Assembly: GCF_030144855.1 (NCBI RefSeq)
Contig: NC_082706.1
Span: 44,454,001 to 44,518,000 of the forward strand
Source of the DNA: Hypanus sabinus
Lineage: Eukaryota
Direction: 5' to 3'
Length of the DNA stretch: 64,000 nt
Positions 1-10,026 of this stretch are shown here, piece after piece. Each line of letters begins with the position of its first letter. Position 1 is the first letter of the stretch. Both the position numbers and the translations under genes were made by a program. Below the pieces are notes generated by a model. The model made no database searches, had not been told where the DNA came from, and saw only the letters and a program-made list of their open reading frames with translations.

Positions 1-14
1 GTGGCCTCACCAAA

Positions 15-290
15 CTCAGAATCAGGGTTATTGTCACTGAAATAAGTCAAGAGATTTATTTTCTGTACACACAACACATAAAATGTCTATAAATAACAAA
101 TAAAGACTGCAAATGAGGTCGTGTTTATAGACTGATGGCAGAGGGGATGAAGATGTTTCTGAATTGAAAAGTGTGGGACTTCAGGTCCCTGTACTTGCTC
201 TCTGATAGCAGAAATGGGAAGATGGCATGTCCTGGCTGGCGAGGGTCCTCAATGATGGATGTGTCTTCTTGAGGCATTGCATTATGAAGG
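15..290 (-). mobile_element. Rex1/Babar-type LINE 3' fragment
   Basis: Reverse complement resembles the recurrent LINE 3' end seen elsewhere in the window (e.g. 45930-46400 on +, 62570-62980 on -), with a (GATTCT)-like tail; boundaries approximate. Confidence 0.55.
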
Positions 291-299
291 TGTCCCTGA

Positions 300-635
300 T
301 GGTGGGGAGGGTTGGGTCAGTGACAGTGGGGGGGGGGTTGTGTTGGTGATGGTGGTGGGGGGTGGTAGTGTCCGTGATGGAGGGGAGGGTTGTGTCCGTG
401 ATGGAGGGGAGGGTTGTGTCGGTGATAGTGGGGGGGATGTCATGTCAGTGATGGTGGGGGGGGGGGGTCATGTCAGAGATGGTGGGGACGGTTGTGTCGG
501 TGATGGTGGGGAGGGTTGTGTCAGTGATGGGAGAGTGTTGTGTCGCTGACGTTGGTGGGGGTGTGCTTGTGTTCGTGACGGTGGGGAGGGTTGTGTCCGT
601 GACGATGGTGGGAGGGGGGGTTGTGTCCGTGATGG
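300..635. repeat. Degenerate G/T-rich tandem repeat (core GGTGGGGAGGGTTGTGTC)
   Basis: Repeated GGGGAGGGTTGTGTC-like motifs; explains the low-complexity ORFs at 259-706. Confidence 0.8.
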
Positions 636-816
636 ATTCGGCTGTGTCTACGACCCTCTGCAGCCTCTTGTGATCCATGTGTTGGAGCCTCCACACCGGG
701 TGGCAATTAAACCAGTCCGAATGCTCTGTTACAGGGAGAGCTGGTGGGTGGGGGGGTGGGGGGTGAGCCACGTGTTTGTATACGAGAGGGGCTCTGACCT
801 TCTCCCTTCCTCCCAG

Positions 817-930
817 GGGATGATGGAGCTGATCTTGGCCACAGACATGGCGAGACACGGGGACATCATGGATGCGTTTGCACAATGCCTCGACATGTTC
901 GACGACCAGAACCAGGAACACGTCCGACTG
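817..930 (+). CDS. PDE9A: PDE9A-like phosphodiesterase, catalytic-domain exon ([38 protein letters not shown])
   Basis: Polypyrimidine tract + cag acceptor at 816, gtcagt donor at 931; 114 nt, phase 0-0; matches the PDE9A segment [21 protein letters not shown]...EEHMTL as recalled; probably a paralog rather than the ortholog. Confidence 0.93.
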
Positions 931-1138
931 GTCAGTACCGAGACCCCAGGGCACTATGAACAGCTGAAGGCAGAGAGGAGGGGGGCACAAAGACAGCGAG
1001 GGGTGTAGGGGTCAGAGGGGCTCATAAAGATGGGATGGGTAGAGGAACTGGAGGGTGGAAGGAGTGGCAGAGATGGAAAGGTGTGTCGGGGTTAGAGGGC
1101 TCACAGAGACCAGGAGTGTGTTTGAACTGGAAGGAATC

Positions 1139-1280
1139 ACAGAGACAGGGAGGGGTGTAAGGGAGGAAGTGGGTCACAGAGACGGGGAGGGGTGTAAGGG
1201 AGGGAGTGGGCCACAGAGACGGGGAGGTGTGTAAGGGGCGGAGTGGGCCACAGGGACGGGGAGGTGTGTAGAATCCAGCG
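1139..1280. repeat. 37-bp G-rich tandem repeat, about 4 copies, in PDE9A-like intron
   Basis: ACAGAGACGGGGAGGGGTGTAAGGGAGGGAGTGGGYC units starting at 1139, 1176, ~1213 and ~1250. Confidence 0.8.
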
Positions 1281-1821
1281 ACAGGGAAGGGGGTGACATG
1301 GAGACAGGGAATGTAGGGGTCATAGGCAGTGATAGAGATGGGGATACACACTCAATGTTCTTGTTAATTGGAATAGGTTCATTATTGTCACATACAGAGA
1401 TACAGTGAAACGCACACTGTTCATACAGATCAGATCATTACACAGTGCATTCAGCTGGAATAAGGTCAGACAATAACCGAACGCAGAATAGAGTGTCACA
1501 GCTACAAGGAGAGTGCCGTGCAGGTAGACAATAAGGTGCACGGCCTTGACCTGGATTGTGAGGTCGAGTCCATTCATCGTACGAGAGGTCTACTCAAGAG
1601 TCTGATATCTGAAGGGTGGAATCTGTTTGAGCCTGGTGGGACGTGTCTCTCGAGGAAGCTTTACCTTCCCCAGCGGTGTGGCGGGAAGGTTTGACGATGA
1701 GGGACTGTCTGGGGCCAGACATCACTGTGTTAACAAGTTGGGTAGAGGGGTGGGAATGGGCTACCCGCGACTTGTCGACTTCTCCGCAGCTCACTAACAC
1801 CCTCGTCCTCCCTGTCGACAG

Positions 1822-1926
1822 CTGGAACAAGTACTGATCAAATGCTGTGACACCTCCAACGAGGTGCGGCCCACCCAGGTCTCTGAGCCCTGGCTCGACT
1901 ATTTGTTACAGGAGTACTTCATGCAG
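1822..1926 (+). CDS. PDE9A: PDE9A-like exon ([35 protein letters not shown])
   Basis: cag acceptor and gtgggt donor; 105 nt, phase 0-0; matches PDE9A [35 protein letters not shown], including the metal-binding Asp. Confidence 0.95.
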
Positions 1927-2074
1927 GTGGGTGGTGGCGGGAAAGAGTGAGGCAGGAGCACCTCGCTGTGAGGAGGGAGTGTCGCATTCAGTAAGGGTCA
2001 GTGGGGAGGAGAGTGTCGTGGGAGGGCAGAGGGATGGGAGAGTTGTGGTCAGGAGGAAGCTTCAGAATAGTGGT

Positions 2075-3932
2075 GGTGAGGAGGGAGCGTTATGGGAGGG
2101 GAATGAGGAGGGAGCATTATGGGAGGGTAATGAGGAGGGAGCGTTATGGAAGGGGAATGAGGAGGGAGTGTTATGGGAGTGGAATGAGGAGGGAGCACTG
2201 TGGGAGGGGAATGAGGAAGGAGCACTGTGGGAGGGGAGTGAAGAGGGAGTGCAGTGGGAGGGGAATGAGGAGGGAGCACCGTGGGAGGGGAATGAGGAGG
2301 GAGTGCAGTGGGAGGGGAATGTGGAAGGAACTTTATGGGAGGGGAATGAGGAGGGAGCGCAGTGGGAGGGGAATGAGGAGGGAGCACCGTGGGAGGGGAA
2401 TGAGGAGGGAGCATTATGGGAGGGGAATGAGGAAGGTTATGGGAGGGGAATGAGGAGGGAGCGTTATGGGAGGGGAATGAGGAGGGAGCGATGTGGGAGG
2501 GGAATGAGGGAGCGCTGTGGGAGGGGAATGAGGGAGCATTATGGGAGGGGAATGAGGGTTATGGGAGGGGAATGAGGAGGGAGCGCAATGGGAGGGGAAT
2601 GAGGAGGGAGCGCTGTGGGAGTGGAATGAGGAGGGAGCATTATGGGAGGGGAATGAGGAAGGAGCATTATGGGAGGGGAATCAGGGAGTGCAGTGGGAGG
2701 GGAATGAGGAGGGAGCACTGTGGGAGGGGAATGAAGAGGGAGCGCAGTGGGAGGGGAATGAAGAGGGAGCGCAGTGGGAGGGGAATGAAGAGGGAGCGCT
2801 GTGGGAGGGGAATGGAGGGAGCGCTGTGGGAGGGGAATGAAGAGGGAGCGCTGTGGGAGGGGAATGAAGAGGAAGCGCTGTGGGAGGTGAATGGAGAGGG
2901 AGCGCTGTGGGAGGGGAATGGAGCGCTGTGGGAGGGGAATGGAGCGCTGTGGGAGGGGAATGAAGGAGGGAGCGCTGTGAGAAGAGCGCTGAGAAGGAAG
3001 TGCCTTGGTGTGGGAGGAGCAGTGATGAGGGAGTGCTGAGGGGGGCAATGACGGAGGGGCAGCGAGGAGTGAGCCCTGTGGGAAGGGTAGGGAGGAGGGA
3101 GTGCTGTGGGGGAACAATGAGGAGGTAATGCTGTGGGAGGAACGGTGAGGAGGTAATGCTGTGGGAGGAGCGGTGAGGAGGGAGCGCTGTGGGAGGGGTG
3201 GTGAGGAGGGAGTGCTGTGGGGGAACAATGAAGAGGTAATGCTGTGGGAGGAGCGGTGAGGAGGGAGCGCTGTGGCAGGAGTGGTGAGGAGGGAGCGCTG
3301 TGGGAGGGGTGGTGAGGAGGGAGCGCTGTGGGAGGGGTGGTGATGAGGGAGCGCTGTGGGAGGAGCGGTGAGGAGGGAGCGCAGTGGGAGGGGCGGTAAG
3401 GTAATGCTATGGGAGGAGTGGTGAAGAGGTAATGCTGTGGGAGGAGCGGTGAGGAGGGAGCGCTGTGGGAGGAGTGGTAAGGAGGGAGCGCTGTGGGGGG
3501 GGGTGATGAGGGAGCGCTGTGGGAGGGATGGTGATGAGGGAGCGCTGTGGCAGGAGCGGTGAGGAGGGAGCGCTGTGGGAGGAGTGGTGAGGAGGGAGTG
3601 CTGTGGGAGGAGTGGTGAGGAGGGAGCGCTGTGGGAGGAGTGGTGAGGAGGGAGCGCTGTGTGAGCAGCGGTGAGGAGGGAGCGCAGTGGGAGGGGCGGT
3701 AAGGAGGTAATGCTATGGGAGGAGTGGTGAGGAGGGAGCGCTGTGGGAGGGGTGGTGAGGAGGGAGCGCTGTGGGAGGAGTGGTGAGGAGGGAGTGCTGT
3801 GGGAGGAGTGGTGAGGAGGTAATGCTGTGTGAGGAGTGGTGAGGAGGTAATGCTGTGGGAGGAGCGGTGAGGAGGGAGTGCTGTGGGAGGAGTGGTGAGG
3901 AGGGAGCGCTGTGGGAGGAGCGGTGAGGAGGG
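2075..3932 (+). repeat. G-rich minisatellite, 27-bp units switching to 28-bp units
   Basis: Units GAGGAGGGAGCGCTGTGGGAGGGGAAT (27 bp; EEGALWEGN period in the ORF track), then GAGGAGGGAGCGCTGTGGGAGGAGTGGT (28 bp; 28-aa period in ORF 2667-4043). Confidence 0.95.
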
Positions 3933-3999
3933 AAGGGATGCCTCGCTGTCAGGGGAGGTTCGGTCTCTATCACGGCTGATGCAGTTGGACCTGTTCCAG

Positions 4000-4128
4000 G
4001 GAGACCGGGAGAAGTCGGAGGGTTTACCAGTGTCGCCCTTCATGGACCGGGACCGGGTGTGGAAATCTCACACACAGAGAGCATTCATCACTTCCACCCT
4101 CATGCCCATGTTCGAGTCCTTGACCAAG
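4000..4128 (+). CDS. PDE9A: PDE9A-like exon ([43 protein letters not shown])
   Basis: ttccag acceptor and gtaacg donor; 129 nt, phase 0-0; matches PDE9A [43 protein letters not shown], with the invariant Gln and clamp Phe kept. Confidence 0.95.
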
Positions 4129-4742
4129 GTAACGGGGGTCACAGTGGGGGGGGGGGAGAATTCACTCGGGAAGGGAACAAGTAATTGGGCTCATACTGAG
4201 TGGGGAGGGGGAAGGGAGCAGGTCTTCACCCGCTCTGCATCCCATCCCCTGCCGCTCCTACCCTTCCCTCTTGAGGCTCACTCTCTTGACGATGTACTCA
4301 GTGGAAGGGACGGTTCTGCCATGGTGGAGTGGAGCTGGCTGAGGTTACAGTCCTCTGCTGCCTCTTGTGATCCACCATAACAGGTAGTGATTCAGCCAGT
4401 CAGAATGTTCTCCACCATACATCTATTAAAAAAACTGTTGAGTATTTGGTGAGATACCAAATCTCTTCAAAATACAAACAGTGGGAATGCCTTCAAGATA
4501 AGAAGCAACACCCCTCTTTCTCTCTGTGACACCCCTCTCGCCCCTACCCCCACCCAATCTCCATGAACTCCCTGTCGCCCCTACACCCCTCCCCCTCTCT
4601 GAAACCCCAAACTCGAATTCCTGGGAATATTATCAGGAGATACATTGTGATTGCGATAGGATGACCGGGAATGCCAACAGAGGGGAACGTGAGTCCGAAT
4701 CTGCTCCCAGGATGTGACGGGACGTTGTCTCCTCTCTTCCAG

Positions 4743-4877
4743 CTCTTCCCCCAGCTGGAGGAGGTGATGCTGCAACCCCTCAGGCTGGCGAGGGATCGTT
4801 ACCAGCAGCTCGGAGAGAGGGAGATGGCGAGACTGGAGGTGCCCTCGGAGCCCACCGTGGCATCAGTCTCCATCTGA
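4743..4877 (+). CDS. PDE9A: PDE9A-like terminal coding exon (LFPQLEEVMLQPLRLARDRYQQLGEREMARLEVPSEPTVASVSI*)
   Basis: ctcttccag acceptor; matches PDE9A LFPMVEEIMLQPLWESRDRYEEL; reads to TGA at 4875-4877; a weak GT at 4839 sits at the ancestral intron position. Confidence 0.88.
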   Translation, partial: LFPQLEEVMLQPLRLARDRYQQLGEREMARLEVPSEPTVASVSI

Positions 4878-5238
4878 CGGGACAGTGGCATTTTCCTCTC
4901 TTGGGGGTGGGGGTGGGTTGGAGATTTGGGTAAGGGGGATGGGATAGAGATGGGCAGAGCACACTCTCTCTCTCTCACAAACACTCTCACTCCCACTCAC
5001 ACTCACACCCCCAGTCACTCACACTCCCAGGGCACAGCGTTGTACAGACTAACTCTTTCCAGATCCTTTTGAACATCAACACTAACCAATCTCCCACAAC
5101 TTAACAAATACTTTGCTCTCTGTTCTGTGCTTTAGTGGATGTCTCCAAAGATCTCCACATTATAATCTCTCATCTGTGTTCTCACCCACTCTCAGCACGC
5201 CCTCTCCTCTCGAAGCTCTGAATATCCTCCCTCCCCCA

Positions 5239-5486
5239 GTGGCGCTGGAGCACAAGGCTTTACAGTACCAGTGACCTGGGTTCAATTCCCAAAGCTGTCT
5301 CTGAGGAGTTTGCATGTTCTCCCCATGAACGTGTGGGTTTCCTCCCACAGGCCAAAGCCCTGCCAGGTAGGTGAATTGCTGGTTGTAAGTTGTCCTGGGA
5401 TCAGTCGTGGGTTAAATCGGGGGTGCTGGGTGGTGTGGCTTTAAAGGGCAGAAGGGCCTATTAAGTGTCTCAATAAGTCAATAAAA
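5239..5486 (+). mobile_element. HE1-like tRNA-derived V-SINE
   Basis: tRNA-like head with B-box-like GGTTCAATTCC, central GGAGTTTGCATGTTCTCCCC...GTGTGGGTTTCC V-domain-like core, and an A-rich tail with AATAAA at 5480. Confidence 0.8.
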
Positions 5487-5759
5487 ACTCCCCATCTCAG
5501 CCAGTCTAATCAGGTCAGTGACCTGTCAGCAGTCCTTATCATGAATTACCGTAAATATCCAGAAAAACTTGCCTCAGATACTGAAAATATTGTGTGAACA
5601 CACATAAACCAGTATAATAAATATCAGTGACAAGCGTAATGTTAATTAGCCTCAGATGCGGGACATGTTGCAAACCAGTCCCTCTGAAAACTGCAAACAC
5701 TGAACCAGCCCCTCTGAATACCGCAAATATTCTGAACCAAAGTCCGAAGTTGCAGGTGA

Positions 5760-6080
5760 ATTTATTAATGTGCTGTATGTTACCACAGAGCACCTTGAGA
5801 TCCATTTCTTTGCAGGCACTTACAGAAAAAGAGAAATACCACAGAGTTTAGGAAATGCTGTATGTGGAGACTGCAAACAACCAAAGTGCAAAAGAAGACA
5901 CACTGTACAAATAAAAAATAATCCTGACTAAAGGAGTTGTAAAGAGTCCTTGAAACGTGAGTCTGTAGCTCAAAGAATCAGCTCAGTGTGGAGGAGAGTG
6001 AAGTTGTCCACGCTGGTTCAGGAGTTGATGGTTGCAGGGGATTAACTGTCCCTGAACTTGGTGTTGTGGGATCTAACCAG
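5760..6080 (-). mobile_element. Rex1/Babar-type LINE 3' fragment
   Basis: Reverse complement contains the recurrent ...TTCAGGGACAGTTAATCCCCTGCAACCATCAACTCCTGAACC 3'-end motif. Confidence 0.55.
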
Positions 6081-7044
6081 TCTCACTGTCAAAATATTAT
6101 GGACCTTCTGCACCAGCTACTGTGAAGATTGTGAACACAACACTATAAATATTGAGCACATGTGATATGAGATGTAAATATTGGAAGAGAAATGCCCTGA
6201 ACCATAAATATCGTGAGCAAGCTGCAGTGATAAAGGGTTTAAGATAGTGCTGGTGAACACAGAGACAACTTGCTGGCTACAAACAAAACTACTAATTCTT
6301 TTATTAATCATACTTTTTCTCTAAACCGATCACTGTGATCAATAGCCTATAACTTCCCTTTCACAGCTGAGCATCTGAACTCCCTATACGACTTGGAATT
6401 TTTGTGGTGTGAACTGAGATTAGACGGTGCAGCACACCTGTGACGTGGTGTATATGGGCTGAATTGAGGTGGCAGGGCCCAGGCCCAGGCCCAAGAGGGA
6501 GGACCGTGTTTATGTTCACTGATTTAAGTGCTGGGCCAGATAGGAAAGGTCGGGTATGGGCAGATGGGAAAGGATGGGTACGGGCCGTATCAAGGCAATG
6601 GGTCCTGGGCCAAAGAGCATATAAAAGTGGCACAGCCCAGGTCTAAAAGTGAAACATGACCCACTGTTAGGCCGATTTAAACTCTGGGCCAGATTGAACA
6701 CTAAAGGTGTTGGGTGAGTGTTCAGCTCGCTGCTCGGTGAGGGTCACTTGTCTCTGCGGTGAACTGAGATTGCAACCTGCAACTAATGGCCTGGATCGAC
6801 TGTGACCGGCTTCGTGACTGTGGACTCACTTCTGTAACTTCAGTTCTGGGTGACATTTCCTTACTTTTATACTTTGCACAATTAGAGTTATGTTCAGCAC
6901 ACTGGGTGTTTGACGGTCTTTTTCTAATGGGTTCCATTGGGACGACAGAGCACCAAGCAACGTAAGTATTATGAACACACTGCCGGATACACAAATAGTT
7001 TGTATCATTACCATAAATACTCCAAATACCGGTAAAATAATGTA

Positions 7045-7545
7045 CACTCACTGGCCACTTTATTAGGTACCCCTGTACACATGATCATTAGCGCATATAT
7101 CTAATCAGCCAATCATGTGGCAGCAACTCAATGCATAAAAGCATGTAGACATGGTCAAGAGGTTCAGATGTCACCCAGAATACATCTCAGAATGGGAAAG
7201 AAATGTGATCTAAGTGATTTTGACAGATTGTTGGTGCCAGAAGGGGTGGTTTGAGTATCTCAGAAGCTGCTCATCTCCTCAGATTTACATGCACAACAGT
7301 CTCTGGAGTTTACAGAGAATGGAGTGAAAAGCAAAACAGAAAAATATCTTCCAGCGAGTGGCATTTCTGTGGGTGAAATGAGAGAGGTCACAGGAGAATG
7401 GCCAGGCTGCTTCAAGCTGACGTGAAGGTGACAGTCACTCAGATAAACGTGTGTTGTAACAGTGGTGTGCAGAAGAGCATCCCTGAACACACAGCACCAG
7501 CAGACCACGAAAGGACACCCAGTCACCACTTTATTATGCAAAGGA
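7045..7545 (+). mobile_element. Non-autonomous Tc1/mariner-derived element
   Basis: Starts TA|CACTCACTGGCCACTTTATTAGGTAC; carries a degenerate transposase N-terminus (ATGGGAAAGAAATGTGATCTAAGTG...); homologous copies at 16348 (+) and 20575-21045 (-). Confidence 0.8.
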
Positions 7546-7840
7546 GGAACGGAATAAAGTGGTCTCTAGTATTTATACCAGAATTATGGTACTGGTGTCA
7601 TACTAAATATCATAATGGTGAGCCAGCTTACCGAATACCATAAATATTGCGACCCCACTGCATGAAGTAACATAAAAATTGGGAAGTAACCTCACAAAAT
7701 ATGCTCTAAACACATAGTAATACACCACGAATATTGCAACGAGCCACACCGTGTCCTCTCACTGAATTGTGGACACAGAGCCCTGTTCGTCGTAAATATC
7801 ATAATTGAAGAGCGGGAAATTGCGGAAATACTGATGATGT

Positions 7841-8054
7841 TGTGGTGAACTATGTGCCTGTCTGGACACGCCCCCTGCTGACTGCTCCTGTGGCTCCTCC
7901 CACAGGCCCCTGTATAAAGGCGATCTGAGGCCTGACGCTCGGCCTCAGTCTCCAGGACATAGTATGATGGACACTCACTCCTGGTTCCTTCTTCCAGTCA
8001 ATAAAAGCCGATATCTCGCCTTACGTCTCAGTGTGAGTTATTGATGGTGCATCA
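7841..8054 (+). mobile_element. Solo LTR with 5-bp TSD GATGT
   Basis: TG...CA termini; internal TATAAA (~7913) and AATAAA (~8000); GATGT at 7836-7840 and 8055-8059. Confidence 0.88.
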
Positions 8055-8289
8055 GATGTCTCACCAAACGCTGTAAATATTATGAACCGGGTTCCATAAA
8101 CATTGTGAAAATGGTGCCGTTCACAAGTTAGGGTGGCTACCGTAAATATCAGGGACACGGGGCAACAAAAGTCGTAAATATTGACCGGGTCAATCGCAGT
8201 GCTACTGTCACGTGAGCGCCAATACCGTAAACATTATAAACAGCCCGCGCTAAAGATGATCACTATTGGGACCGTGAAATTGTACCGTG

Positions 8290-8760
8290 GTTAGACCGGA
8301 AAGAGTACAGGGAAGATTTATCGAGACATTGCCGGGACTGGAGCGGCTGTGTTACAGGGGGAGGTTGGACAGGCTGGGTTTTCATTCCTTGGAACGGAGG
8401 AGATGGAGGGCGAATTTAAAGAAGTGTTGATAGGCATCGATAAGGTGGGCGGTAACTGGGTAGGACGATCGAAAGCTAAAGGGCACGGGTTTAGGGTAAG
8501 AGAGGAAACATTTAAAAGGGATCTGAGGGACAAATTCTTCACACAGATGACGGTGAGTAACTGGAACGAGCTGCCAGAGGAAGTGGTTGAAGCAGGAACT
8601 TTAGTATCATTTTCGAAGCGCTTGGATCGATATGTAGAGGGCAGGGGTTGGGGAATATGGGCCGAATGGAGGAAATCGTGATTAGCTGGTGGCACTGTGG
8701 TCGGCATGTATTGGTGGGACCGAAGGTCCTGTAGCCGGGCCGTATCGCTGTGACTCCTCG
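8290..8760 (+). mobile_element. CR1 LINE 3' end
   Basis: ORF 8349-8681 has the CR1 ORF2 C-terminal motifs KGHGFRVREETFKRDLRDKFFTQ and WNELPEEVVEAG. Confidence 0.85.
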
Positions 8761-8879
8761 CTGACCCTGTTCAATCCTATCTCTCTTTTAACACCGCTAT
8801 ACAACCCCACACTTCGTTTCAGATTCCTGCTTTTTAACCCCCACTGATGTCTGGCTGGTGGCTCAGTAGTTCACTGTTG

Positions 8880-9390
8880 TTCAGCAAAGGAACAGGCCAT
8901 TCGGCCCATCATATTAATGCCGACCATGACACCAATCGACCAATTCCCGTGCATGGTGCGTATCGCTGCACTCCCTGTCTGTTCACGTCTCCCTGAAGGT
9001 TTCTTCACTGTTGCGATCACATCTGCCCCCTCACAACCCCTGGCAGCTTTTCCCAGACACCAACCCTTCCGCGGGAAAAAAGCTTGCCAGCGACTCCTTC
9101 AAAGTCCTCTCTCACTTTAAAACTATGCCTTCTCGTATTTGACTTCTCCACCCTGTCGAGGAAGACACTGTCTGCCTACCGCCTTCTGTGCCGTTAAAAG
9201 TATCATGAAAAGTTCCATTAAAACCTCCCCTCAGCCTCCGCTACTCCAGAGAAAACAACCTCACCCCCTCCAGTCCAGGCAGCATCCTGATGAACATCTT
9301 CTGCACCCTCTTCAAATCCTTCCGATACTGGGCGAGCAGGAATGAACACAATACTCCAAGTGTGGCTTGACCAGTTTTAAACAGCTGCGA
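8880..9390 (-). mobile_element. CR1 LINE 3' fragment
   Basis: Minus-strand translation LKRVQKMFIRMLPGLEGVRLFSLE and a CR1-type 3' UTR. Confidence 0.75.
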
Positions 9391-9402
9391 CTTGACTCCC
9401 CG

Positions 9403-9570
9403 ATGTTGTTCCTTTTCGTGCCTAGCGGCGCATCGGGCAGCATTTCCCCCCGTTTCTGTAGCGTTTGACTGGTGTTTCAACCCAGCCCAGTACGGATAGA
9501 AAGCTACAAAGTGCCGGCCGGATTCGAACTCGGGACCATCCGCATCTGATGCCACCACAACACCGGCCGT
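9403..9570 (-). mobile_element. tRNA-derived SINE
   Basis: Minus strand reads GTGGTGGCATCAG...GGTCCCGAGTTCGAATCCGGCC (A/B-box-like head), then a SINE body and a GAAAAGGAACAAC tail. Confidence 0.7.
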
Positions 9571-10026
9571 TTTGTCGTCCACAATATTAACGGCATTGGG
9601 TACCGTAAATGTTGTGGAATACAGTTCCGGTATCGTAAATTGTCGGCCGGTCGGGCACAGAAAAATCATGAAATACACGGTAATGAATCCTGTCAATATC
9701 ATTGAACTCACCATAAAGAGTATTGCAAATCTTGTGGATTAGAGCGCTCTGTACCATAAGTATTCTGGACACACGGCAATGAGTAAATATTGTGGACACA
9801 CAACACTTAGTACCGTAAACATTGTCAACACTCTGCATTGCGTACCGTAAATATTGTGGATGCAGCTCTGAGTGACGGAAGTATTTGGAACACTCAGCAC
9901 TGAGTACCATAAATACTAGAAACATACAACGTCAAGATGTAATTATTCTTTTTAGCTCTCTCAAGGGGCTGCTCCTCAGGTCCTGGCTGCACACCGGCCC
10001 CAGGCTCCTCATCTCCGGTCACCCGG

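Larger units (their letters stand above)
5545..9915. repeat. Fragmented degenerate ~30-32 bp array with core TACCRTAAAYATTG, split by TE insertions
   Basis: Core recurs at ~30 bp spacing in blocks ~5545-5735, 6085-6240, 6960-7040, 7570-7830, 8060-8290 and 9575-9915 (e.g. 6141/6171/6201; 9781/9811/9843). Confidence 0.75.

Noticed and set aside
670-1008. 112-aa ORF as a standalone gene
   Set aside because: Only 817-930 is PDE9-like and it is bounded by splice sites; the rest is intron.
1847-4043. Long ORFs (up to 458 aa) on both strands
   Set aside because: Translations of the 27/28-bp minisatellite inside a PDE9-like intron; low complexity and present in several frames.
9500-9570. Possible tRNA gene (GTTCGAATCC B-box on -)
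   Set aside because: No complete cloverleaf; it continues into a SINE body and tail.
5545-9915. CRISPR-like look of a conserved core plus variable spacers
   Set aside because: Vertebrate DNA, no cas genes; the core is only ~14 bp and degenerate, and the spacers are short and partly similar to each other. Treated as a decayed minisatellite.
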